Assembly (NCBI GenBank): GCA_002633005.1
Contig: NMRA01000142.1
Location: 310,001-374,000, forward strand
DNA length: 64,000 nt
Direction of reading: 5' to 3'
Source: Phoronis australis
Taxonomy: Eukaryota; Animalia; Phoronida
The notes under the pieces are model-generated. The model saw only the letters and a program-made list of their open reading frames with translations, was not told the origin of the DNA and did not search any database. Positions 24,811-36,800 of the stretch are shown here, piece after piece; positions within the stretch are counted from its first letter, which is position 1, and each line of letters starts with the position of its first letter. Both the position numbers and the translations under genes were made by a program.

Positions 24811-27800
24811 ACCATATGTCCATCAGGTGTTTCATTCGGTGAGGACCTCTCCATTAAATCTGTGCTATTGGAATCTCTTCTGATGTCTCGGTTGCTTGAT
24901 GAATGTGTTACCGATGATGTGTTCATCTTTGTAACAGCAGACCCTGTCTCAGTTTCATGGACCTTCTTGGCAGTGCTTGATATTGAGGAGATTGCGGTTG
25001 CCTGCTGAAACACCTCTGATCTCTGCACAGAAACATCTTGTTGTGGTGACTCATTGGTTTCTGTGGAGCTACTATGCTTGTGGATTTTACTAGAAGCCTC
25101 ACTGTCATGAACATCTTGTCTCAACTGCTGTGAAGTTTGTTCAAGTATAGTTTGATGTTCAACATTTTCCGTGTCTAATGCTTCGGAAGTTGCCAAGCTG
25201 TTCGTTGTGTGAGACTGTATATTGTGTTTTCTTAATTCTGATAGTTTTGAGGATTTGTAAGCTGTAATCTTTTCTGTTTTCTGACTGCTCTTTCTTGGTC
25301 CAGTAGAAAGACTTGTGCTGTCTTGTTCCATTATGTTAGAATTATGTTTCAAGTCATATTGACATTCCGTGTGTACCTCTGAAATATCATGCTTCATTGC
25401 ACTTTGAATTCTTACCGCTTTTTTAGTACTTAATTTATGGGTAAGTGTTGTTCCTTTAGTGTTGACGGAAGATACTACTGTTGGTGCTGTAGATGTTGCA
25501 AATGGAACCAATGATGATGTTGCCATATCGGTCTGTTTGATTTTTGACCTCTGTTGAAACACTTGTGACTGGGAGCTCGAGGCATATTTAGCTTCAGTAT
25601 AATATTTCAAGCGTTCGCTCCTGGACTGTGTAGACAGAGGTGATGTAGAGCTAGATGCAAGTGATACTTCTTGCTGAAGATTCTTCCACTCTACTCCCAT
25701 TTGAGCTTCTGAAGTATTGTCTGCGTTTTCTCTGGGAAAAGTTTCATTTACACCTGGTATGTGTCTTTCAGATTGCTCTTTTGTTCGTTTTTGGTCTTTA
25801 GAGGAGTCACTGGTCCCAGTACTTGTGTGGAAAGACCATGACACGAATGACTGCATTTGTTCTGTTTTGAAGGTCATGGAAGGAAGCCTGTACACAACTT
25901 TATTGACATTCTCTGATGTTGGTGATAATTTTTCTGCAACATCCTCATTTGTTTCAGGGTTCCTGTTTACACCCTGCTCCTCTCCAGCAGAAAACATTTG
26001 TGAAAAGCTGGTGCTTTGCTGGTTGTATCCTGCTTCCTGTTTCGCTTGTTCATCAGTAAAGATCGTCACTGTACCTTTTATGTCCACTCTCTGCCCCAAA
26101 GGTTCTTTTACGTTTACCACAGTGGTTGCATGGGCTATTTCATGCCAAGCACTTAGTTTATCAGTCAAAAGCACATTGTCTTCTTCCTCCCGTGTGTTGC
26201 CATTTTCTTCATCATCTTCCACTACCATGCCCTCTGCTCTACCTTTACCGGGTGATGTGTGCTCTGTTGTCACTAGTTGACAAACAGAATTTTGATCAGA
26301 ATCGCTCATATGAGTGTGCCCTTGATCACTTTCTATTGTATCTATGTTTTGGTTGCTCTCGGTTTCTATTTGTTTTTCAGTCACTTCCATGACCTCTGCA
26401 TCTTGCGGCCATGCTGTTGTTGCTAAGTTTGTTACCGGTTGAATCTCAGTTTGTATTGGTTCACCATAGTCAGCCTCTTTGTTCCTATTTTCATTAGGCT
26501 CATTAGATAGATGTTTATCAGGGGTATCAATGGCCTTTAAAGTTGTAGTGTAGTTGGGAAGGTGTTTTAGGGGATCCTGTATATTGCTTAATCTGTTTTC
26601 TTGTCCTTCGGGTATGATGGACAGCTCATCAACAGGCTTTAACACCACTGCAGTTTGATAAGTTTGTTGTACCTGCTTTTTACGTAAATGTACAGTCCTC
26701 TCTATTCGATCTGTTGTGGTGAATGGCTTTTCCACAATGCCTTGTGCATTTTCTGACAATAGTCCTTTGTCACAGGTAAGGTCTTCTAATGTGTCATTTG
26801 GTGTAGGCTGTAGACATGACGTACTTGGCGTGCTTTGCTCAAAGCCTTCTTCTGCTTCTTGTGTTCGTGTGTCAATGGTTTCAATCTTGGATGTAATACT
26901 TTGATCTTCTTCACAGATATTTATGGTCTTTTGGTGTTTTTCACTTTTCTGTCCAAGTTTGTCAAAACATATTTGCACATTTTTCAAGGCTGTTTCTGTT
27001 CTTTGAACATTCTTCTGTGCTCTTATGTGTTGTTCCTTAACAGCTCCTGGTGCTGTTTGTTCTGATTTGGTTGTTGTCATTTCTAGTTTGTTTATCTGAG
27101 GCTGGGTCATTCTGGGTTCAAACATAACTGGGCATTGATCTGTTGCAGCCATGTCTATTCTGTTGGTAGACTGAGACAATTCGCTCATGTTGTTGCTCAT
27201 GTTGTTGTTTTGGGGTGTTGGCGGGTCGATGTGAGACTTCTCATAATATTGTTCAGTTTCACTTTGGTGAGATTTCCTGAACATCCCTGTGTCCTGATTG
27301 ATCATAAATGCTTCATCATCCGCCATGATTGTTTCAGGCTCCCTGTTGGTGCTGTCACTAAGTTGACGTAGATGGCTCTGTATTCTACAAAATCTACTGT
27401 CTGTCTCTTCAAATGTGATGGTAGGCTCATAGGCAGGTGTTAACATCGCTGTTGATTTGTCCATTAGATACATTTGCTTTTCAATTTTCCCAGCTTGTTG
27501 CATTGCAATTCTTTGTTGGTCTTCCTCATTGGGAACTCTTGGTATTGAAAAGCTGCTGGTCCCAGCAGATTTAGAAGTGTCAACTGCTTCTTGTGAATGC
27601 ACCATACCATGCGTGATGTTGTCATGAACCTCGTCAGGGATTGGTGTTATTATACAAGTAGTTTCTCCACTTTGACTCACACCTGTAGATTGGTCTTTAC
27701 TCATCCTGTATTTGCCATAAGGTCCTTTGGGCTTCTGTGTAAATTCATCAAAATACACTTGCACGCATTGCATTGCAATCTGTGAACGCTGAACATTTTG

Positions 27801-30800
27801 TGTCGTTATGGTTTGTTCATCAACAGGGCTTTGCACTGTATCTTTGTGTTCTATTGAGCATTCCAGAATTGGCCTCTGAGACTGCACTGTAGTTTCTGAC
27901 AGGTTCTCAATAGTGTGATCATCAACATCAGTGGTTACTCCAGATACTGGAGTTTGTACTCCATTAATGTCACTACCATTGATAATTTGAACAGCTATAG
28001 GTGTTGTGTAGTGGACTGTTGACTGCTCATTCTCATTCTCATTCTTTTCATCAGCTATAACAGATAGTTCAGGGTCACCAAAGCATCTACTGGAACTTGT
28101 TCTGCCAGTGTTTAATGTAAAAATGGCACCATTCAAATCGAGTGTTTGTGCAGTCTCTGGACTGTATTTGGTTATAGGAACTCCATGCAACAGTGTTGAA
28201 GCCTCTGCATTCTCTTTTCTGGTTGTTGCAGGTTGGCCTTTAAGTCTTTCCACTGCCTGTTGGTCAACTGGACACTGGTCAGTGTCTCTTGCTGTGTCAT
28301 GTTGGTTTTGACTTTCTTCTGCTTCTGGTTTATCAAGGTCATCGGATTGGTCTGTTGGGGTTGCTGGCTCTAATATCTTGAAAGCTGTTTGGTCAAAAAA
28401 CTGCTGCAGTCGGTTCAGGTGGTCTTCTCTGCCTTCCTGTCTGATTTTTGTGATTGTTTCCTCACCAACAGGCTTCAACTCAATTATATGTGTTTCATGC
28501 ATTTCTTTTGGTTTGACATCAACGTCACTTTGGGCAGCATCCGTCTCTGCACTGCAGTTGGTTATAGGAAGTCCTTCACATGGCAGTGTTGCAGTCTCTG
28601 CATTCTCTTTTCTGGTTGTTGCACCTTGGCCTTTTAAGCTCTCCACTGGTTGTTGGTCAACTAGACAGGGGTCAGTTTCTCTTGTTGTGTGATATTGGTT
28701 TTGACTTTCTTCTGTTTCTGGTTTATCAAGGTCATCAGATTGGTCTGTTGGGGTTTCTGGCTCAAAGGCCTTGAAAGCTGTTTGGTCAAAAAACTGTTGC
28801 AGTCGGTTCTGGTGGTCTTCTCTGCCTTCATGTCTGATTTTTGTGATTGGTTCCTCACCAACAGGCTTCAACTCAATTATATGTGTTTCATGGACTTCTT
28901 TTGGTTTGCCATCACTGTCACTATCGGCAGCATCCGTCTCTGCACTGTAGTTGGTTATAGGAACTTCTTCTCGTGACAGTGTTGCAGTCTGTGCATTCTC
29001 TTTTCTGGTTGTTACTGCTTGGCCTTTTAAGCTTTCCACTGCTTGTTGGTCAACTAGACACTGGTCAATTTCTCTTGTTGTATAATAATGGTTTTGACTT
29101 TCTTCTGCTTCTGGTTTATCAAGGTCATCAGATTGGGCAGTTGAGGTTGCTGGCTCAAAGACCTTGAAAGCTGTTTGGTCAGAAAACTGCTGCAGTTGGA
29201 TCTGTTGCTCATGTTGTGTGCTTTCTTGCCTGTCTTTTGTGATTGCTTCCTCAGTGACAGGCTTCAACTCAGTTTTATGTTTTTCATACGCCTGTGCGAC
29301 ATTTGTATTGGCATCAGATGATCCTGTTAAGGTTGCTGGCTCAATGGTCTTTAAAGTTGTTTGGTCATAAAACTGCTGCAGTCTGTTCTGTTGGTCTTCT
29401 CTGCCTTCTGGTCTGATTTTTGTGATTGTTTCCTCTCCAACAGGCTTCAAACCAATTATATGTTTATCATGCACTTCTTCTGATTTGTCATCAACATCAC
29501 TATCAACGGCATTTGTCTCTGCACTGTAGTTGATTATAGGAACTCCTTCATGTGACAGTGTTACAGCCTCTGCATTCTCTTTTCTCGTTGTTGCACCTTG
29601 GCCTTTTAAGCTTTGCACTGCCCGTTGGTCAACTACACACTGGTCACTTTCTTTTACTGGGTCATATTTGTTTTGACTTTCCTCTGCTTCTTGTTTATCA
29701 GGGGCATCTGATTGGGCAGTTGGCGTTGCTGGCTCAAAGACCTTGAAAGCCGTTTGGTCAGAAAACTGCTGCAGTTGGATCTGTAGCTTATGTTGGGTGC
29801 TTTCTCGTCTGTCTTTTGTGATTGTTTCTTCAACGGCAGGCTTCAACTCAGTTTCATGTTTTTCATGTGCCTCAGCGTCACTTGTAGTGGTGTCAGATGA
29901 TCCGGGTAAGGTTGCTGGCTCAATGGTCTTTAAAGTTGTTTGGTCATAAAAGTGCTGCAGTCGGTTCTGGTAGTCTTCTCTGCCTTCCTGTCTGACTTTT
30001 GCGATTGTTTCTTCTCCAACAGGCTTGAACCCAATTATATGTTTATCATACACTTCTTCTGATTTGCCGTCAATGTCACTGTCAACAGCATCCGTCTCTG
30101 CACTGTAGTTGGTTATAGGAACTCCTTCACATGACAGTGCTACAGCTTCTGCATTCTCTTTTCTCGTTGTTGCACCTTGGCCTTTTAAGCTTTCCACTGC
30201 CCATTGGTCAACTATACACTGGTCAATTTCTTTTACTGGGTCATATTGGTTTTGACTTTCTTCTTCTTGTTTATCAGTTGCATCTGATGGTGCAGTTGGG
30301 GTCGCTGGCTCAAAGACTTTGAAAGCCGTTTGGTCAGAAAACTGCTGCAGTTGGATCTGCAGCTTATGTTGTGTGCTTTTTCGTCTGTCTTTTGTGATTT
30401 CTTCTTCAATGACAGGCTTCAACTCAGTTTTATGTTTTTCATACGCCTCTGCGTCATTTGCATTGGCGTCAGATGATCCGGGTAAGGTTGCTGGCTCAAT
30501 GGTCTTTAAAGTTGTTTGGTCATAAAAGTGCTGCAGTCGGTTCTGGTAGTCTTCTCTGCCTTCCTGTCTGACTTTTGTGATTGTTTCTTCTCCAACAGGC
30601 TTGAACCCAATTATATGTTTATCATGCACTTCTGATTTGCCGTCAATGTCACTGTTGACAGCATCCGTCTCTGCACTGTAGTTGGTTGTAGGAACTCCTT
30701 CACATGACAGTGTTACAGCCTCTGCATTCTCTGTTCTGGTTGTTACACCTTGGCCTTTTAAGCTTTCTTCTGCTTGTTGGTCAACTAGACACTGGTCAGT

Positions 30801-33800
30801 TTCTTTTGTTTTGTCATATTGGTTTTGACTTTCCTCTGTTTCTGATTTATCATGGACATTTGATTGGGCAGCTGGGGTTGCTGGCTCGAAGACCTTAAAA
30901 GCTGTTTGGTCAGAAAACTGCTGTACTTGGATGTGTAGCTTATGTTGTGTGCTTTCTCGCCTGTCTTTTGTGATTGTTTCTTCAACGGCAGGCTTCAACT
31001 CAGTTTCATGTTTTTCATGTGCCTCAGCGTCACTTGTAGTGGTGTCATATGACCCTGGTAAGGTTGCTGGCTCAATGGTCTTTAAAGTTGTTTCGTCAAA
31101 AAGCTGCTGCAGTCTGTTCTGGTGGTCTTCTCTGCCTTCCTGTCTGATTTTTGCAATTGTTTCCTCACCAACAGGCTTCAACTCAATTAAATGTTTTTCA
31201 TGGACTTCTTTTGATTTGTCATCAACGTCGCTGTTAGCAGCATTTGTAATGGAGTTCAGTATCACAGGTGAGATTCTGGGTTCAATTATCCTCAAATCTG
31301 TGTCATCGGTAAACTGAGGTAAGCGATTCTGTATTGTACTTAATTGTCTTCTTTCTAATCTTTCAGTTGCGATTGCCGCCTCAATGACAGGCTGCAATTC
31401 TGTTTTGTTAGTTTCGTGTACTTCATTTGGTTTCTCATCAAGATCACCATTGTCATCATTCTTGGTGGTGTCCAATGTGGTAGGTGTTGTTGTTGGTTCA
31501 ATGGTCTTAAAATCTGTATAGTCTGAAAACTGCTGTTCTTGGTTCTGTTGTCTGCTTTCCTGTATTTCACATGTCACTGTTGCTGCAACAACAGGTTCCA
31601 ATACTGTTTTGAGCTTTTCTTGGCCTTCTCTTGTTTTGTCATCAAGATCACCATCAGTCTCATTCTCAGTTGAGTCAGGCAGGGCAGGCATGGGTACTAA
31701 CTCTATGGCCTTCTGATCAGTTTGGTCAGAAAACTGCTGCAGTCGGTTCTGTAACTTTTGTTTTCTGCTTTCTTGTCTTTCTTTTGTGATTGTTGCCTCA
31801 TCAACGAGATTCAACTCAGTTTTATGTTGGTCTTGTTCTTCACTAGATTTCGGAACAAGATCACCATCAGCAGGTGCGACTGCTGGTTCATTGAATCTGA
31901 AATCTGTGCTGTCAGAAAGCAGTTGTAAGCGGTTCTGTTTCTTACAACTTTCAGTTGTGGTTAATGCCTCATCTATGGGCTTTGACCCTGCTTTATGTTT
32001 TTCACGTGCTTTAAGTGGTTTTTCACCAGGATCACCATCTGCATCATTCGTAGTGGTATCCAATGCAGCTTGTGTGATTGTTGGTTCAGTGATCTCATCT
32101 GAGTAGTCAGAAAGCCATTGTAGTTGGTTCTTCTTTCTCCTTTCTAGTCTTTCGTGTGTGATTGTTACCTCATCGACAGGTTTCAAGGTTGTTTTGTGCT
32201 TTTCATGTACTTCACTTGATTTGCCATTAAGGTCCCTATCAACATCATACATAGTGGTGTCTGGTGTAGTAGGTGAGTCTGTTGATTCATTGATCTTTAC
32301 AGTGGTATAGTCAGGAAACTGCTCTAGTTGGTTCTGTATCGTTTGCCGTCTGCTTTCTAATCGTTCACTTGTAATTATTGTTTCAACGACAGGTTTCACC
32401 TCTGTTTTACGTTTTTCATGTTCTTCACTTGATTTGCCTTCAAGATCATCATCATCATCGTCAACATCATTTGTAGTGATGTCAGATGTAGCAACTGTGA
32501 ATTCGGGTTTAATAATCATCAAATCTGTGTAATCAGGAAACTGATGTAGTCGAATTTGTGACCTACTTTCTAGTCCCTCACATGTGATTTTTGCCTCAAC
32601 ACGAGTTTTATGTTTTTCATCTTCTTTGCCTGATGTGCCATCAAGCTCACCATTAGCATCATTTGGAGTGGCATCACGTGATGCAGCTGCAGCTTCTGGA
32701 TCAGTGTCGTTCAAAGCTTTGTAGTCAGAAAGCTGCTGCATTTGCTTTTGCCTCTCATGTAATCTTCTTTCTAGTCTTTCGCTTGTTATTTTTGGTTCAT
32801 CGACAGGTTTTTGTGTTTCACATAATTCCTCTGAGTTGCCATTGCCATCCATTTGGGCTTGCTCTGGTACTCTTTGCACTGTGCTCTTTATGTTGGCAGT
32901 TGTAGTGACTGTGTTGTCGGCAGTATCTGAGGGAAACCAAATGCCATGTCTGCTTTCATCCGACGAGATGTTGGCTGGCACTTCAGTCTCAGCAGCACTA
33001 TGATGTAACTCCTTCATGTCTGGCATCATGTTCTCATGACTATCATGCATATGAATCTTAGAGGTACTATTTATCTCGTCAGCTTCTTCGGGTTTTGTTG
33101 TAATATGATCAAAATACAAAAATGCCCTTTTCAATGCACCAAATTCTCTTCTTTCAACATTGTCTTGTGCAGTTATGAATTGCTCATTCACTGGGGTTTG
33201 CACTAGGTATTGATCTTGGATTGTTGCTGTTTCCAATTCTTTCGTATATGATGGGATGTCTTTACTCGGTGCCTGTTGTTCAAAGATCTCATTGTCAGAT
33301 TCATCTCTGGATGTTGCGCTATCACTGGGCTTTACTTCTTTGGTCTCACCCTCTGAAATAGTTGGTTTGTTGACCTCTGTTTTCACATCCATTAAACTTT
33401 GCTGAATTGATACTTGATGATCGTAAGGTATATCTTGCAGCTCTGGTTCATGGCTATCTTCCATTTTACTCGCTGCTTCACTGCTTCTGGCATCTTTGAA
33501 CTCTTGACCTTCATCAAACAGTTCCGTATTAGACAATAAAGCCACGCTTGATAAATGTTTTTTAGGTTCCTCAGTGTCACTCATCCCACATTCTGTTGTT
33601 TTGTTCCTGTCATTCGGGTGGTCATCATTTAGTGCTTCATCACAGTCAGGCACTAGATGTGTTCTGGTAGTTTCTGGTTTATTTTCTTTCAGGGAAGAAT
33701 TTGTGTTAAGTATTTTTGTGGAGAGGTCATCGGTCAATTCTTCTTTTGCTTGTGGATTCCAACCTTCTTCTTTTAGTTTGCAAGTTTCTTCAACTGTGTT

Positions 33801-36800
33801 TTTGATTTCAACAAATGTGTTGCAGTCTGGTGCCAGTAGCTCTTCCTCTGATTCACTACAGTACCTGATATCGAAGTCGTCATCATGTTTTGGGTGCTCT
33901 GATGGTCTGTCACCTGGCTCCTTAGGGGAATCCTTATTAGTAATCACATCACCAATGTGTTGTGACTCTATGGCATTCTGTGTGGAATTGGACAGTTCAC
34001 GCATCTCTGCAGTGTCTTCACTTGTTTTGCTATTGTCGTATTCTTTNGTGTTTCACATATTTCCTCTGAGTTGCCATTGCCATCCATTTGGGCTTGCTCT
34101 GGTACTCTTTGCACTGTGCTCTTTATGTTGGCAGTTGTAGTGACTGTGTTGTCGGCAGTATCTGAGGGAAACCAAATGCCATGTCTGCTTTCATCTGATG
34201 AAATGTTGGCTGGCACTTCAGTCTCAACAGCACTATGATGTAACCCCTTCATGTCTGGCATCATGTTCTCATGACTATCATGCATATAAATCTTAGGGGT
34301 ACTATTTATCTCATCAGCTTCTTCGGGTTTTGTTGTAATATGATCAAAATACAAAAACGCCCTTTTCAATGCACCAAATTCTCTCCTTTCAACATTGTCT
34401 TGTGCAGTTATGAATTGCTCATTCACTGGGGTTTGCACTAGGTATTGATCTTGGATTGTTGCTGTTTCCAATTCTTTCGTATATGATGGGATGTCTTTAC
34501 TCGGTGCCTGTTGTTCAAAGATTTCATTGTCAGATTCATCTCTGGATGTTGCGCTATCACTGGGCTTTACTTCTTTGGTCTCACCCTCTGAAATAGTTGG
34601 TTTGTTGACCTCTGTTTTCACATCCATTAAACTTTGCCGAATTGCTACGTGTTGATCGTAAGATATATCTTGCAGCTCTGGTTCATGGCTATCTTCCATT
34701 TTACTCGCTGCTTCACTGCTTCTGGCATCTTTGAACTCTTGACCTTCATCAAACAGTTCCGTATTAGACAATAAAGCCACGCTTGATAAATGTTTTTTAG
34801 GTTCCTCAGTGTCACTCATCCCACATTCTGTTGTTTTGTTCCTGTCATTCGGGTGGTCATCATTTAGTGCTTCATCACAGTCAGGCACTAGATGTGTTCC
34901 GGTAGTTTCTGGTTCATTTTCTTTCAGGGAAGAGTTTGTGTTAAGTATTTTTGTGGAGAGGTCATCGGTCAATTCTTTTGCTTGTGGATTCCAACCTTCT
35001 TCTTTTGGTTTGCAAGTTTCTTCAACTGCGTTTTTGATTTCAACAAATGTGTTGCAGTCTGGTGCCAGTAGCTCTTCCTCTGATTCACTACAGTACCTGA
35101 TATCGAAGTCGTCATCATGTTTTGGGTGCTCTGATGGTCTGTCACCTGGCTCCTTAGGGGAATCCTTATTAGTAATCACATCACCAATGTGTTGTGACTC
35201 TATGGCATTCTGTGTGGAATTGGACAGTTCACGCATCTCTGCAGTGTCTTCACTTGTTTTGCTATTGTCGTATTCTTTGTCAAATTCTGCTTTGGTTTCA
35301 AGCAGGGTGTCCTGTTCAAGGCTTTCATCTGTTGAAGTGCTTAGGCATCCTTTGTCTACAGGTTCTATTGTATCATCACAAATGGGCTGTGATATGTCTT
35401 CTGATAAGTTTCTGAGGTTCTGTTGACTGTTAGGCTTTTCAAGGTTCAATATAGCACCATCATGAATTTTGTTTTTAGGCTCTTTTTCCAACTTATGGTC
35501 TTTTTTATCGGTGTAGATTTCCTTTTTGTCACTCAGATGAAGTTGAACCACAGCAAATTGTTGAAATTGGCTGGTTTCTTCAATTTCTGCACATGGTATC
35601 GAATTGTCATTTTGATTAATGCTAACATATTCAGCACTGTATACCAATTCTTCAAAGTTTTGCCCTGTGGTCTCCATTGTTATCATGTCATCCAGGCTGT
35701 TGTCAATCTTTGGCTGGTCATGTGTTCTGCTGTCGGTTTTGGGTAATTGGTGCCACTCTTCTCGCAATATATCTTGTGGCAGTGGTTTGTAATCTGTCAT
35801 CGTTTTGCAAGCAGCAGCATGCTGAACGTAATCTACTTCAAGACCTTCTTTGTTAACGTGGTCATCATGTTCATCTTCTGTTTTTATCTCACCTTCAGTT
35901 GTTGTATCATTTTGTTCATCTTGTCTTTGCGATAGACCATGGTCAATATAATGTTTTTCTTCTTGAGCAGTTGTGTAAAGCCTATTGGTGGAGGCTGAAA
36001 TTTGCTCTTCTGTAGTAATATACGTGTTTTCCATCTCTGTATATTCTGCAAGCCTTGCATCTGTGGTTAATTTGTTTGTGGATTGTGAACCTCCCCCACT
36101 TGCATCCATTACTTCATGGTCTTGCCATTTATCCATGTTGCCTTCTGCCTCAAAGACTTCACAACTGGTATCAGTCTGTCCATCTATGTCTGTTACTCCG
36201 GAGTCCTTTGTTTGCCAGTTGTCAGGCTTATTTCCATTGTGCTCAATGTGGTTATTGAAACTTGTTTCAATGGCATCAGAGTCATCTTTGTCGCCTTTTT
36301 CAGTAACCTCTAAATAGTTGTCTCCGTCATGCTTGTCAACCTTGTGCAGGTACCATGGCTCGCTGCACCTAGCATCATTCTTATCTGTATTCACGACCTC
36401 TGCACTATCATGTACTGTTTCATTCTTCTGGTCTTTGGTCTTGGCTTGAGAATCTTTTTCAACCCTTGTGCTCTTTTTGTTATCACTATTTTCATTACAT
36501 TCTCGATAGTCTTTGTCAAAATCATCATTCTCATCACCAGTTGACTCAGAAATTTTACTCAGATTCTTATTCTTGTTATCTTTCCTTGTTACCTCAAAAT
36601 TGCATTCCGTTTCATCAATTGTATCTTTTGTAGCCTCAAGACACGTTTCAGAACTGGTGTCATTCTCATCATCTGTGCCCATGACCTTTGAACCTTCATA
36701 AGTGGGTGCAACATCACAATCTTTTTCTTTACCCCGTGTGCTTTCATCACGTGTGTCATCATTTTTATGATCAACCTGTACATGGATGTCTATTGTGCCT

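Noticed and set aside
33968-34047. Two separate giant genes, or a programmed frameshift between the 9993-aa and 3492-aa ORFs
   Set aside because: The frame break coincides exactly with the single-N join and the 1.23-kb duplication; removing the duplicate restores one frame.
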